A DNA stretch of 64,000 nt from an uncultured Chlamydiae bacterium (GTDB lineage: Bacteria; Chlamydiota; Chlamydiia; Chlamydiales; SM23-39), in contig CAWHDP010000001.1 of NCBI GenBank assembly GCA_963828125.1, positions 224,001 to 288,000 on the forward strand, given 5' to 3'. The notes beneath the pieces are model-generated. The model was given only the letters and a program-made list of their open reading frames with translations. It did no database searches and was not told the origin of the DNA. The position numbers were made by a program, and so were the translations under genes. Shown here in pieces: positions 52,124-61,479 of the stretch (positions are counted from its first letter, which is position 1; every line of letters starts with the position of its first letter).

Positions 52124-52371
52124 AAATGATCACGCATCGTCGCGTACTAAAATATCTTCTTCGAGATAAGACGATCTCCACAAATGTGCTTACGAACTAT
52201 TTTGCTTCTAAAATGCCGGAAATTTGCCGGAGTTGCAGATTTCCGGACTTTGATTTAGGTTGACCTCTGTTACCAATATTTCCTAGAAAAAAATCTGAAT
52301 CTCTCTATAGACTTGTGTGAGCAAGGGTGATTTAAGGTCATCTGAAGTACTTGAAGGAAACGGTTCTTCAA

Positions 52372-52420
52372 GACTGTTAATCCATTGGTCGTATGTTCGA
52401 ATCATACACCCGGAGTTTCT
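52372..52420 (+). repeat. attR of element 1 and left boundary of element 2 (displaced tRNA-Asn 3' half)
   Basis: 49-bp identity with 39181-39229; the 5' half of the tRNA is absent. Confidence 0.95.
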
Positions 52421-52427
52421 GATTTAT

Positions 52428-52461
52428 AGGCACTTAAAGCGCAAGCTCTAAGTGCCTTTTT
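52428..52461 (+). terminator. Intrinsic terminator after the displaced tRNA 3' end
   Basis: AGGCACTTA-A-AGC GCAA GCT-C-TAAGTGCCT followed by a T run. Confidence 0.7.
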
Positions 52462-52710
52462 CATTTCTCTGGCACGTTTTTGGCACAAAGCATCTCACAG
52501 CACATGGCATTAGACAAGCAATCGAATTGACTGGGTTAAAATGAATAAAAATCACCATTTTTTATGGTCAAGTGTGCCAAATTCGTGCCAAATCTCACGA
52601 TCTGTCGTTTAGATATCTATGAATATTATGAAAACAACGTGAGATTAGCAATCTGTTGTTGCTTGCTTTCGAGTCTCTAATCCATAATCGATCCCTTTAA
52701 TTAACAAGAG

Positions 52711-53853
52711 GTGGCTGTGGCTGTTATAGGAAAGAAGAGAAAAAAACACAGAGGAATTCAAGAGCGTGTGGGCAAAAATGGGGTAGTTACTTTCAGAGCG
52801 CAAGTCCGATTGAAGGGGAAATATGTTACGAACAGTGTCGCCACATTGCAAGCGGCGCTAGATTGGATCGAAAAGACGCGGACAGATGTTCGGGCGGGGA
52901 GGATTGCTAGCGAAGAGAAGAAGCAAACATTCGGCGATATGATCGATCGCTACATTCGAGATGTTCTTCCGGCGAAGAAGAAAAGTGAGCCAGCGCAAAA
53001 GGCTCAGCTCCTTTGGTGGAGGAGTCAACTAGGAATCCGTCCGCTCGCTGAGGTCACTTCGGATTTGATCGGGACTCTGCGCGATAAGTTGAGCAGAGGA
53101 ATGACAAAAATGGGGCGTGTTCGTACACCTGCAACGGTTGTGCGATATTTATCCGCGTTGAGTCATGTTTTTTCAATTGCAGTTCGAGAGTGGCAATAGT
53201 TAGACAATTCTCCCATGCGGAACGTTAGAAAGCCTAAAGAGCCACCAGGCATAGTCCGTTTTCTTTCCCCTGACGAGATGGAACGTTTATTAGAGGCTTG
53301 CACTAAGAGTACTAATCCGCTTCTGAAAACGGTTGTGGTTCTTGCGGTATCTACGGGCATGCGGAAGGAGGAGGTGATGAATCTTCGTTGGGCAGATGTT
53401 GATTTGGAGAGAGGGAGAGCCATTCTTCATAAAACCAAAAACGGAGAGCGCAGGGCGGTACCTATTGGTGGTGTCGCTCATCAATTGTTAACAAAATTGA
53501 GGTGCGAGAGCGTTAAGGATGGAGGGTTGCTCTTTCCTAGTAACAGAAATTTGAATTCCTCGATCGATCTGAGGTTTCCTTGGGAGCGGGCGCTCATGAT
53601 CGCTAGGATCGAGAATTTTCGATTTCACGATCTTCGTCACACTGCTGCCTCGTACATGGCAATGAGTGGGGCTAGTTTGCTAGAAATCGCGGAAGTTTTG
53701 GGACACAAAACTCTTTCTATGGTTAAGAGATATGCTCACCTTTGTGAATCGCATACCGCCAAGGTTATGGCACGCATGAACGAGAAGATTTTTGGAGAGG
53801 ATGGAGCGGGGCTCATGTTTCGCCTGCAAAAAGAAGAGGGGCGAAATGAATAA
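52711..53853 (+). pseudogene. Tyrosine integrase interrupted by in-frame TAG at 53197-53199
   Basis: REWQ*LDNSPMR aligns with KQWEWATENPVR of integrase 1 (TGG>TAG); the downstream half keeps GMR, K, HDLRH, LGH, RYAH. Confidence 0.88.
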
Positions 53854-54128
53854 TAACTCGATGGATTTTTTTAAAAACAATCTCGAAAGACCGTATTGGG
53901 ATATTTACGAAGCTGGCTGGCTTATTTCTGGGATAAATAGGTTTGGCCTCTTTATTAATGTAGTTGAAAACAATGCGATAGTTCACAAGCTTGGTGTTCC
54001 TCTGGAAATAGAAGATCGCGTGCGAGAAAATGCGCTGAGGTGTGTTTCAAAGATATTTAAAAAAATTTTAGAACAGACGGAGATGTTATCTGGGTTTGAT
54101 TCCTCGATAAAAATAGTCAGGCTGCTTG

Positions 54129-55428
54129 CAGGGCGATTTAACTAAAATTTTTTGATAACAGATCTGGTAACATGGCATAGTAAATACCTCATATTTAAGG
54201 AGGTCCTATGTCACGACGTAAACCGATTGATGCCAAAATCCTAGAAGCCAGTAAGGAATTCGACGCGCATATATTTGCAGAGACTGTCAAGGGGTCGTTT
54301 TTCGATTTCCCTGATTATCGACGCAACCAAAAACGAGTCTTGTACCCCGTTTGGTACCTATCCCTTGTGATTCTCTGCGGGTTCTTTTGCGGATGCAATA
54401 CTATCGAGGAAATTGCCGAATATGCCCATCTACAAGAGGAATGGTTTGCCTCGCTACTAGGAGAACCGGTTTCAGCTCCTTCCCATGGATCGCTTTGGTG
54501 GTTTTTAGTCAAAACACCCCCGAACGCTCTCAAGAGCTATTTACAAAAATGGTTCAGTAAAATTCCTAGTTCATTGCGCGATCAACTGTTGGCGATCGAC
54601 GGCAAAAGACTGAGGGGGGCTAATTTTTTGGGCCGCATTACCCATGTAGTAGAGTTGTTCGCTGCAGAAGATCGTCTATGTCTTGCCGCAGAAAAAGTCC
54701 CCGATAAAACGGTCGAGAAGAGCACACTGCCAATTATTTTGGAGCAGGTGGATGTAGAAGGTGCGATTATTTCGGGCGATGCTCATTTTACCGTACCTGA
54801 ATCAGCAGCAAAAATCGTTGATGCAAAAGCAGATTATCTGTTGGCTGTTAAAGAAAACCAGCCCACTCTTTGCGCTGAGTTGGAAAATTTTTTCGATCAG
54901 GCACATGCAGCCGAATGGGAGGAAATCTCACATTCATTTTACCAGGAAGTCGAAAAAGGTCATGGTCGAATCGATATTCGAGAAGTACGAGTCGTAGAGG
55001 ACTTGGATTGGCTGCCTAATGTTGACAGATGGAAGAACTTGATCTGCCTGGTCGAAGTACGATCCACAAGGCAAAAAACCGGATCAACCGCAAGCGAGAC
55101 GTTAAGACGGCTGTATATTTCGAGTCGTCGAGCATCTGCCAAGCATTTTGCTAAGTGGACCAGGCAGCATTGGCACGTAGAAAACAATTGCCATTGGGTA
55201 GTTGATGTGATCTTTAGAGAGGATGATGTGTTGATGGACAGAGGAAATAGCGCAGAAAATTTGGGGTTGTTTCGTCGCTTAGCTATGAATATGGCTGCAG
55301 TTGCAGATCCGGATAGAGGGCTTGCCTCTGTGAGACGAGCAGCGACTTTCGGTAGCGGATATCTGAAAGGAATATTGGCAAGATTTTTCTGTTCAGGCGT
55401 ATCAAAAAATTTTAGTTAAATCGCCCTG
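54129..55428 (+). mobile_element. ISAs1-family insertion sequence (1300 bp)
   Basis: Perfect 29-bp terminal inverted repeats CAGGGCGATTTAACTAAAATTTTTTGATA (54129-54157/55400-55428); 10-bp target duplication AGGCTGCTTG (54119-54128/55429-55438). Confidence 0.95.
54208..55419 (+). CDS. ISAs1-family DDE transposase
   Basis: AIDGK.LRG, GDA, LAVKENQP.L, GHGRI..R, R.HW.VEN..HW..DV.F.ED. Confidence 0.93.
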   Translation: MSRRKPIDAKILEASKEFDAHIFAETVKGSFFDFPDYRRNQKRVLYPVWYLSLVILCGFFCGCNTIEEIAEYAHLQEEWFASLLGEPVSAPSHGSLWWFLVKTPPNALKSYLQKWFSKIPSSLRDQLLAIDGKRLRGANFLGRITHVVELFAAEDRLCLAAEKVPDKTVEKSTLPIILEQVDVEGAIISGDAHFTVPESAAKIVDAKADYLLAVKENQPTLCAELENFFDQAHAAEWEEISHSFYQEVEKGHGRIDIREVRVVEDLDWLPNVDRWKNLICLVEVRSTRQKTGSTASETLRRLYISSRRASAKHFAKWTRQHWHVENNCHWVVDVIFREDDVLMDRGNSAENLGLFRRLAMNMAAVADPDRGLASVRRAATFGSGYLKGILARFFCSGVSKNFS

Positions 55429-56231
55429 AGGCTGCTTGGTGCCTATAGGCGCGATGAAATTACAAAAAAAAATCTCATTCTGGAAAACCACGCCTATCTA
55501 ATACCTCCAATGAAAGCCTTAGCTATAGCAGCTACTGAAGGCGTTGTCTTCCCTAGGGAAATTCAAATTGCCTCTGGCGTGTATCAAGATCCAAGAACCG
55601 AAAAAGATAGTCTTACCTGCGGTATTGTCAATACATTGCGGCGATCCGTGGTGTCGCAGTTATTTTGGTATCACAATCCAAGAATGAATATTTCCCAAAT
55701 TTGTCGTGAAATAAGTCGGGTTAGAGACGCTGCGCCCCCTGAATTAAAAAATTATTTAAGTTTTCTTAACGATAGCAAAATGCGGTCGCGGGTAGATGTA
55801 AAAAAAACCACGCCAGTGAGCGACTCTAGCCTTCCGGTTATTCCCGGGGTCATGCGAGAGGAGAAAGGTGCGGTCTTGTTGAATTTTCCTCAGCTAAAAG
55901 TTGTCCTGTCCACACTCGCTTACCTCCTTTCGATCAGGAAAGTGAAGACTTCTTTGGAGTTAATTCATCACCCTCTCGTGGCAATGTACAACCGAAATAA
56001 TAGTCGTACTATCGATTATATTATTAAGTTCTGTTTGCAAAATTACATACATTATTTCGATGAAATCGATTTCTTGGAGAAACAGAAGAAGGATTAAAAA
56101 TTCTTCCCTTATCCATTTTTGACGTTAGGGCAACAAAAAGTGGAGAATTTTCAGTTGTGGGATTTTTGTGTATATAATTCATAACGGCGCAGAACTCTTT
56201 CAAGCGCTGCCTTAAAATGTAGGAAAATTTT

Positions 56232-56501
56232 ATGTTAAATAGTTTTGATTTAGTAACTTCGACGACTACTTCCACAGATCGTTTAATTCCCAATGCTCGT
56301 TGGAATGATTTCTATCCTTGGCCTCCCGAGGGTGGTCGTCGTCATCTTATTGCTCACGCTGAAAAATTGGGTTTTTCTGATGTTTTTGTTAGATGCGGCC
56401 GCCGAATTCTTATTCGCGAAAAAAAGTTTTGGGAAGCGGTCGAGCGCCGAAATCGTGAGCGTTCGGAGAGTCGAAGGTCTACAGATTTATCGTCGAGCTA
56501 A
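56232..56501 (+). CDS. Small Xis/AlpA-like protein
   Basis: GF..VF.RCGRRILI.E resembles GF...V.RKVGRRVFLDE in 41467-41661; syntenic. Confidence 0.6.
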   Translation: MLNSFDLVTSTTTSTDRLIPNARWNDFYPWPPEGGRRHLIAHAEKLGFSDVFVRCGRRILIREKKFWEAVERRNRERSESRRSTDLSSS

Positions 56502-56526
56502 AAAAAGGGCTCTCGACTGAGAGCCC
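56500..56526 (-). terminator. Minus-strand intrinsic terminator upstream of the replication gene
   Basis: A7-GGGCTCTC-GACT-GAGAGCCC on the + strand (perfect 8-bp stem plus U7 on the - strand). Confidence 0.6.
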
Positions 56527-56587
56527 ATAAACTTTAATAACGCAGTCGTTGATCTAGTACATCAGGCGGCTGCAATAAAAAGGAAAA

Positions 56588-58117
56588 ATGATGTCTACCA
56601 CTTTAACTAACGATACCATTGATAGCAATGGTCAACAATCGAACTTCTCGCGCTCCGAGGCTGATGCTAGGAAGTCCTATGCCGAAGCACAAAACGCACG
56701 CCCAGCCCAGCCAATCCCTCTCAAAAAAGAAACGCCGCCGCCAGAGCCTTACCCATTCGAAGCCTTGGGGCCTATCCTTGGCCCAGCTGCGAGGTGCGTT
56801 CATGAAACCGTAATGGCTCCCGATGCAATCTGTGGACAATCATTTTTGGCAGCAGCTGCGTTAATGGCTCAACCCCACGTTGATATTTTTATTGACGGAC
56901 GTTCCTTCCCTTCTTCTCTCTACTTCATGACTATCTGCGAGACCGGCAGTCGCAAAAGCGCAGCGGATAACTATGCGATGAGGCCCATTGAGACTTACCA
57001 GAAAGCTACATATTCCGACTATCGCCAGAAGCTTGCGACCTATAAAAACGATTACGCCGCATGGAGGAAACAGTGGGAAAAGGCCGTTAAAGATGAAGAT
57101 TCCAAGAAGCTTAAAACCCTTGTGGAGCCCACAGCACCCATATACCCGATGATTATTTGCGAGGAGCCAACCTATCAAGGACTCATTCACGGATTACATC
57201 TCGGGCAGCCAAGCCAAGGGATTTTTTCCGATGAAGCGGGACGAATGATCGGCGGCCACGCAATGAACAGCGACAACTGGCTTATGACTATCAGTGGGCT
57301 AAGCAGTCTTTGGGACGGCAAGCCCATTACTCGTGTTCGTCGGGGAGATGGCAAGGCGGACGAGAGCTACATCCTATATGGGAGGCGGATTTCCGCACAT
57401 CTGATGATGCAGCCTATAGTTTTGCGGTCGATTCAGAAAAACAGGGCATTTTACGAACAGGGATTCATGGCAAGATTCCTTGTCGCATCACCCGATTCTC
57501 TTGCAGGAAGTCGAGCCTATCAGGAGCTAGATGTGACAGATTTTCCTGAGTTTATTAATTATTTGAATCGGTCTTCTCAAATTCTGAATATGAAATTTCC
57601 AGTGAAGAAAGACGATGAACCAAACCAGCTTTCCCCACCCAAGATTTCTCTGTCTCCTGAGGCGAAGAGATGCTGGATGTCGTTTTACAACGAGATAGAA
57701 CGGTCTCTCGGAGCAGATGGAAAGCATCGGCCTGTTCAGGGAATGGCTTGTAAGGCCGCAGATATGGCCTCACGTATTGCTAGCGTAATTGAATTTTTTC
57801 CTAACTATGAAACGCAAGCGATTTCGCTTGAAAATCTCGAGAGGGCGACCATTCTGGAGAAATGGTACCTCCGTGAAGCGTTGCGGATCGAAGAGACCGA
57901 AGCTGTTGATCAAGAGACGGAGAACGCCTCTAAAAAACTGATGTGGATGCAGAGAAAAGTTTCTGAAGGTGGATCACCCGTCTTCACTCTGCGGCAGCTT
58001 TGTCGCGATGGTGCCAACCCTCGCTCTGCGAAAGATGTTCGTAGACTGATGTCGGTCTTGATGGATCATCGTTATCTTAGTTCGAAGTCTAGAGATGAAT
58101 GGACGCTCGAGGGATAA
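56588..58117 (+). CDS. YfjI/DUF3987 family P-loop protein (putative replication helicase)
   Basis: YPFEAL, TG.RKS, EPTYQGL, SDEAG, LWDG..I...R, MMQP, GFMARFL. Confidence 0.8.
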   Translation: MMSTTLTNDTIDSNGQQSNFSRSEADARKSYAEAQNARPAQPIPLKKETPPPEPYPFEALGPILGPAARCVHETVMAPDAICGQSFLAAAALMAQPHVDIFIDGRSFPSSLYFMTICETGSRKSAADNYAMRPIETYQKATYSDYRQKLATYKNDYAAWRKQWEKAVKDEDSKKLKTLVEPTAPIYPMIICEEPTYQGLIHGLHLGQPSQGIFSDEAGRMIGGHAMNSDNWLMTISGLSSLWDGKPITRVRRGDGKADESYILYGRRISAHLMMQPIVLRSIQKNRAFYEQGFMARFLVASPDSLAGSRAYQELDVTDFPEFINYLNRSSQILNMKFPVKKDDEPNQLSPPKISLSPEAKRCWMSFYNEIERSLGADGKHRPVQGMACKAADMASRIASVIEFFPNYETQAISLENLERATILEKWYLREALRIEETEAVDQETENASKKLMWMQRKVSEGGSPVFTLRQLCRDGANPRSAKDVRRLMSVLMDHRYLSSKSRDEWTLEG

Positions 58118-58154
58118 CAGTGGACAGCCGATTTGAGTTTTCTCCTTGGGGGCG

Positions 58155-58367
58155 TGCGACAAATGCGACAAAGGCAAAAATCGAATTTAACATTTTATCT
58201 GTAAGTTTGTTAAGTGTCGCACGTGCTCATTGCGACAGTATGCGACAGTATGCGACGAAATCCACTCCACACATTTTGTCGCATAACTGTCGCATAACCA
58301 TATGCGACACCATAAACATTGAGGAAGAGTAGGTTATGGAATTTGTCGCATTGTCGCATCTGTCGCA
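58155..58367. repeat. TGCGACA/TGTCGCA iteron array (12 copies), putative origin of element 2
   Basis: Direct copies at 58155, 58164, 58231, 58241, 58251 (variant) and 58303; inverted copies at 58215, 58277, 58288, 58344, 58352 and 58361. Confidence 0.8.
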
Positions 58368-58381
58368 TAGGGGGGTGAAGC

Positions 58382-59389
58382 ATGGATTTGCTTATTCTAG
58401 TTTCTGAGGCAGGTTTGAACCCAAAAAAAATGGCCTCAACCAAAGGCGGAGAATATCATTCCCCTTGCCCGTCTTGCGGCGGAGATGACCGATTCATGTT
58501 TTGGCCTAATACGGGGCGATATTATTGCCGACAATGTAAGCGGCAGGGCGACCCGATTCAGTTTTGCAGGGACTTTCTTGGCATGACCTTCAAAGAGGCA
58601 AAGGATAGGGTGGGCGTTCCCGATAATGGGCGATATGAACGCGTTCAAGAGTTCGAAATTCAGGCGATCAAAGCTCCGACCAGATCTTGGCAGGAAAAGG
58701 CTAATGAGTTCGTAGAAAGCTGTTCTAAACGGCTTCTGATCGATCCTGAAGCCATGGAGTTCATTAAAAACAAATACGGCCTAACACCTGATACGATTTC
58801 TCGCTTCCGCATCGGTTGGAATCCTGAGAAGAAATTTCACAGAAAGTCCGATTGGGGGATTCAGGAGACCGAAAATAGAAAATGGATATGTCTTCCCAAG
58901 GGAATCATCATCCCTTCATTTTGTAGCGCTGCAAGGGTATCCAAAATTAAAATCCGTCGAGAGGAGTGGATTGATGGGGATCAGTACGGAAAGTACCAAG
59001 AAATCGAAGGTAGCTCAAACCAGACCCCTATTTATGGGTTGTGGATGAATGAAGTGGCAATGATCGTCGAGAGCGAATTGGATGCGATGTGTCTTTGCCA
59101 GGAAGTGGGGGAATTTTGTACCTGTGTGGCATTAGGTGGGGCGGCAAAAAGACCAGATGCTATGACCGCCGAATGGTTGAAAACAAGGCGGCTCATTCTT
59201 TACAGCCTGGATTTCGACGACGCTGGCGACAAGGAATATCGCTATTGGGCTTCTACCTTCTCTCAGCTGGGTCGATGGCGTTCCAATTCTCATAAATCTC
59301 CTGCCGATTCTTTTGTATTAGGGGGTGTGATTCTAAAAGATTGGTTCCTCGCGGGTATTGAATTTTGGGAGACGCACAAAAATGGTTAG
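58382..59389 (+). CDS. P4 alpha-type Zn-ribbon plus TOPRIM primase
   Basis: HSPCPSCGGDDRF...YCRQC..GD; IVESELDA; LDFDDAG. Confidence 0.82.
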   Translation: MDLLILVSEAGLNPKKMASTKGGEYHSPCPSCGGDDRFMFWPNTGRYYCRQCKRQGDPIQFCRDFLGMTFKEAKDRVGVPDNGRYERVQEFEIQAIKAPTRSWQEKANEFVESCSKRLLIDPEAMEFIKNKYGLTPDTISRFRIGWNPEKKFHRKSDWGIQETENRKWICLPKGIIIPSFCSAARVSKIKIRREEWIDGDQYGKYQEIEGSSNQTPIYGLWMNEVAMIVESELDAMCLCQEVGEFCTCVALGGAAKRPDAMTAEWLKTRRLILYSLDFDDAGDKEYRYWASTFSQLGRWRSNSHKSPADSFVLGGVILKDWFLAGIEFWETHKNG

Positions 59390-60972
59390 CCTCCGCTCGT
59401 ACCAAACCGAATGCCTCGAAGCGATCCACAATGCGAAAGCGCGCGGGATCGCTAGACCCCTAGTCTCGATGGCAACTGGGTTGGGAAAGACGCTTGTCTT
59501 CTCCGCCCTGGCCAAAGAAATGAACCGGCGTACACTCATTGTGGCTCACCGCGATGAATTGATTCGACAGGCTATAGATAAGCTCCAACTGGTTTGGCCC
59601 GAGTCTAGCCCCCTTATCGGGGTTGTCAAAGGAGAGCTTCATCAACCGGACAGCCATATCGTCGTCGCTTCTATTCAATCTGCATCAAGAGAGGGAAGGA
59701 TCATCGACTTGAAGCGGGCGGGGTTCGATTTGCTCATCATTGACGAAGCCCATCATGCCGCCGCACCAACGTACGAACGATTGATTCGTGATCTTGGGTT
59801 TCTTGATAATTCCACAGGTAAGCTTTTGCTCGGAGTGACGGCAACGCCAAAAAGAGGCGATGGGGTCGGACTCTCTTCGATTTTTCAAGAGATCGTCTTC
59901 AGTCGCAGTATTGCGTGGGGGATAAAATCCGGGTATCTCTCTCCTTTGATTGGGCGCAGAATTTCAACTCGCCTGTCCTTGAATGGTGTGCAGACGCAAG
60001 CCGGTGATTTCGTTGCTGCTCAGTTATCTAGGGCTATCAACATACCTGGGCGCAATAAGCTGATCGTTGAGTCCTATGTTCGTTATGCCTCAGATAGGAT
60101 GAAAACGATCGCATTCTGCGCTGACGTAAAGCATTCGCAAGATTTAGCTGAGGCATTTAGAAAAGCCGGAATCTCTTCGGTGGCTATTCATGGTGGAATG
60201 GAAATTGACGAGCGGCGCCATGTCCTCAGTCTGTTTGAGGGCGGAGAAATACGAGTCATTACAAATTGCGCGGTTTTAACTGAAGGATTTGATTCCCCAC
60301 TGGTTGACTCTATTTTGCTTTGCCGACCAACCAAAAGCGAGGGTCTCTATGTTCAGAGTGTGGGACGAGGGACTAGAGTATCTCCCGGGAAAGAAAGATT
60401 GCCTCGTTATCGATTTCGTCGACGCGAGCCGTCATAGCTTGTGTAGCTTTCAAAATTCGTTGGAAGGAGTGCTTGAAGTTCATCAAGAGGACAAGAAAAA
60501 GAAGGCTGACGATCCTGAAGAGCAGATCGCTGTTATTGATGAGCCATGTGGCGCACTGTTTGAGGCTGCGGATGTTCAGGAGATCGACTTTTTCGGACGC
60601 TCGGCCTTCGCTTGGGTTCAGGTCGGCGATACTTGGCATTTGCCTGTAGGGGATCGGCGTGATATTTGGGTGCGTCAGGTTTCAGCTCACGGCTATCGCG
60701 TTGTCTTAAATGATGAGCGACGGGCCGTGCCTCTTACCGAAAGGGAGCTGCCGCTCGCATACGCGCTTGGCGTTGCCGAGGATTGGGTACGCGCTCAAAA
60801 GGTTGATGTCCTCGTGCGAAAGGACGCGTCATGGCGCAGCGATCCAGCTTCGGAAAAACAGATCGCCGCTTTATTGAAATTCGGAATGACCAGTCCCGCC
60901 GGTCTAACCAAAGGAGCGGCTTCAGAACTCTTGCAAGAGAAGTTTTCCAGTCAGAGAGCCGTGAATCGCTAA
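59382..60972 (+). pseudogene. SF2 DEAH helicase (IRC3/RadD-like) with a frameshift near 60385
   Basis: LRSYQ, ATGLGKT, DEAHH, TATP, TEGFD, Q.VGRG.R; continuation PGKKDCLVIDFVD is in the +1 frame at TCTCCCGGGAAAG. Confidence 0.8.
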
Positions 60973-61101
60973 CAATGGCGTTGAAATACCCATAGAATCG
61001 GCTATTGTGCACTATAGTTCGCGGGTTTTTTAGCATGAAACGAAAAAAAATCGATTGTATGATAAAAGAATGGCATTGTGAGCGATTTCTCAGAACCGTT
61101 C

Positions 61102-61479
61102 TCAAGCGTGCAATCTTTTTAGATTTGTGTTCTTCGTGACATGAATCGATGGAATGCTCGCCTTCCCCAAAGTTGGTTTGATCTCAAGATCGCATCCCAG
61201 GCTAATCAGATAATTCATTAATCTCTCGATTGTAAACTCTGATAACAGACCTCTCACAATCCTTGAAACCTTTGGCTGGTCTATCTTCATTAATTTCGCA
61301 GCCTGTGCTTGAGTTAGCTTTCGTTTTTTAATGATCGCTCTAAGCAATAGAGCAAGATCAGATTTTGCATTTGCTTCTTTGGGATTTTTAAATCCAAAAT
61401 CGGCAAATACATTCCCCGAACCAACTTCGTATTCAATGTTCTCAGGAACAGATTCTTTAATTTCTTTTCTTTTTTCCAT
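61102..61479 (-). CDS. HigA-like XRE/HTH antitoxin
   Basis: GSGNVFADFG, LTQAQAA..M.IDQPKVS; start overlaps the toxin end. Confidence 0.85.
   Translation of the reverse strand: MEKRKEIKESVPENIEYEVGSGNVFADFGFKNPKEANAKSDLALLLRAIIKKRKLTQAQAAKLMKIDQPKVSRIVRGLLSEFTIERLMNYLISLGCDLEIKPTLGKASIPSIHVTKNTNLKRLHA

Larger units (their letters stand above)
39181..52420. mobile_element. Integrative element 1 at tRNA-Asn (~13.2 kb)
   Basis: Flanking 49-bp direct repeats, integrase next to the tRNA, helicase plus iterons, cargo genes, lower GC than the core. Confidence 0.92.
53846..56097 (+). pseudogene. ~313-aa hypothetical gene split by ISAs1
   Basis: Removing the IS plus one target duplication joins ...KIVRLL|GAYRRDE...PPMKAL in frame; homologous to 40485-41342. 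Confidence 0.85.

Noticed and set aside
52372..52420. Second tRNA-Asn gene
   Set aside because: Only the 3' half is present (no 5' acceptor strand or D arm); it is an att repeat.
53197..53199. TAG recoding or readthrough in integrase 2
   Set aside because: TAG is an ordinary stop elsewhere (e.g. rpsP); a single TGG>TAG change among other lesions is simpler.
58155..58367. CRISPR array or small repeat-protein ORFs (58099-58332, 58210-58443)
   Set aside because: Repeats are 7 bp, in mixed orientation and irregularly spaced, with no cas genes; the ORFs look like by-products of the iterons.
60381..60395. Programmed frameshift at CCCGGGAAAG
   Set aside because: GGGAAAG is a -1 slippery motif, but here it is in the wrong phase and a +1 shift is needed; a 1-bp insertion or sequencing error is more likely.
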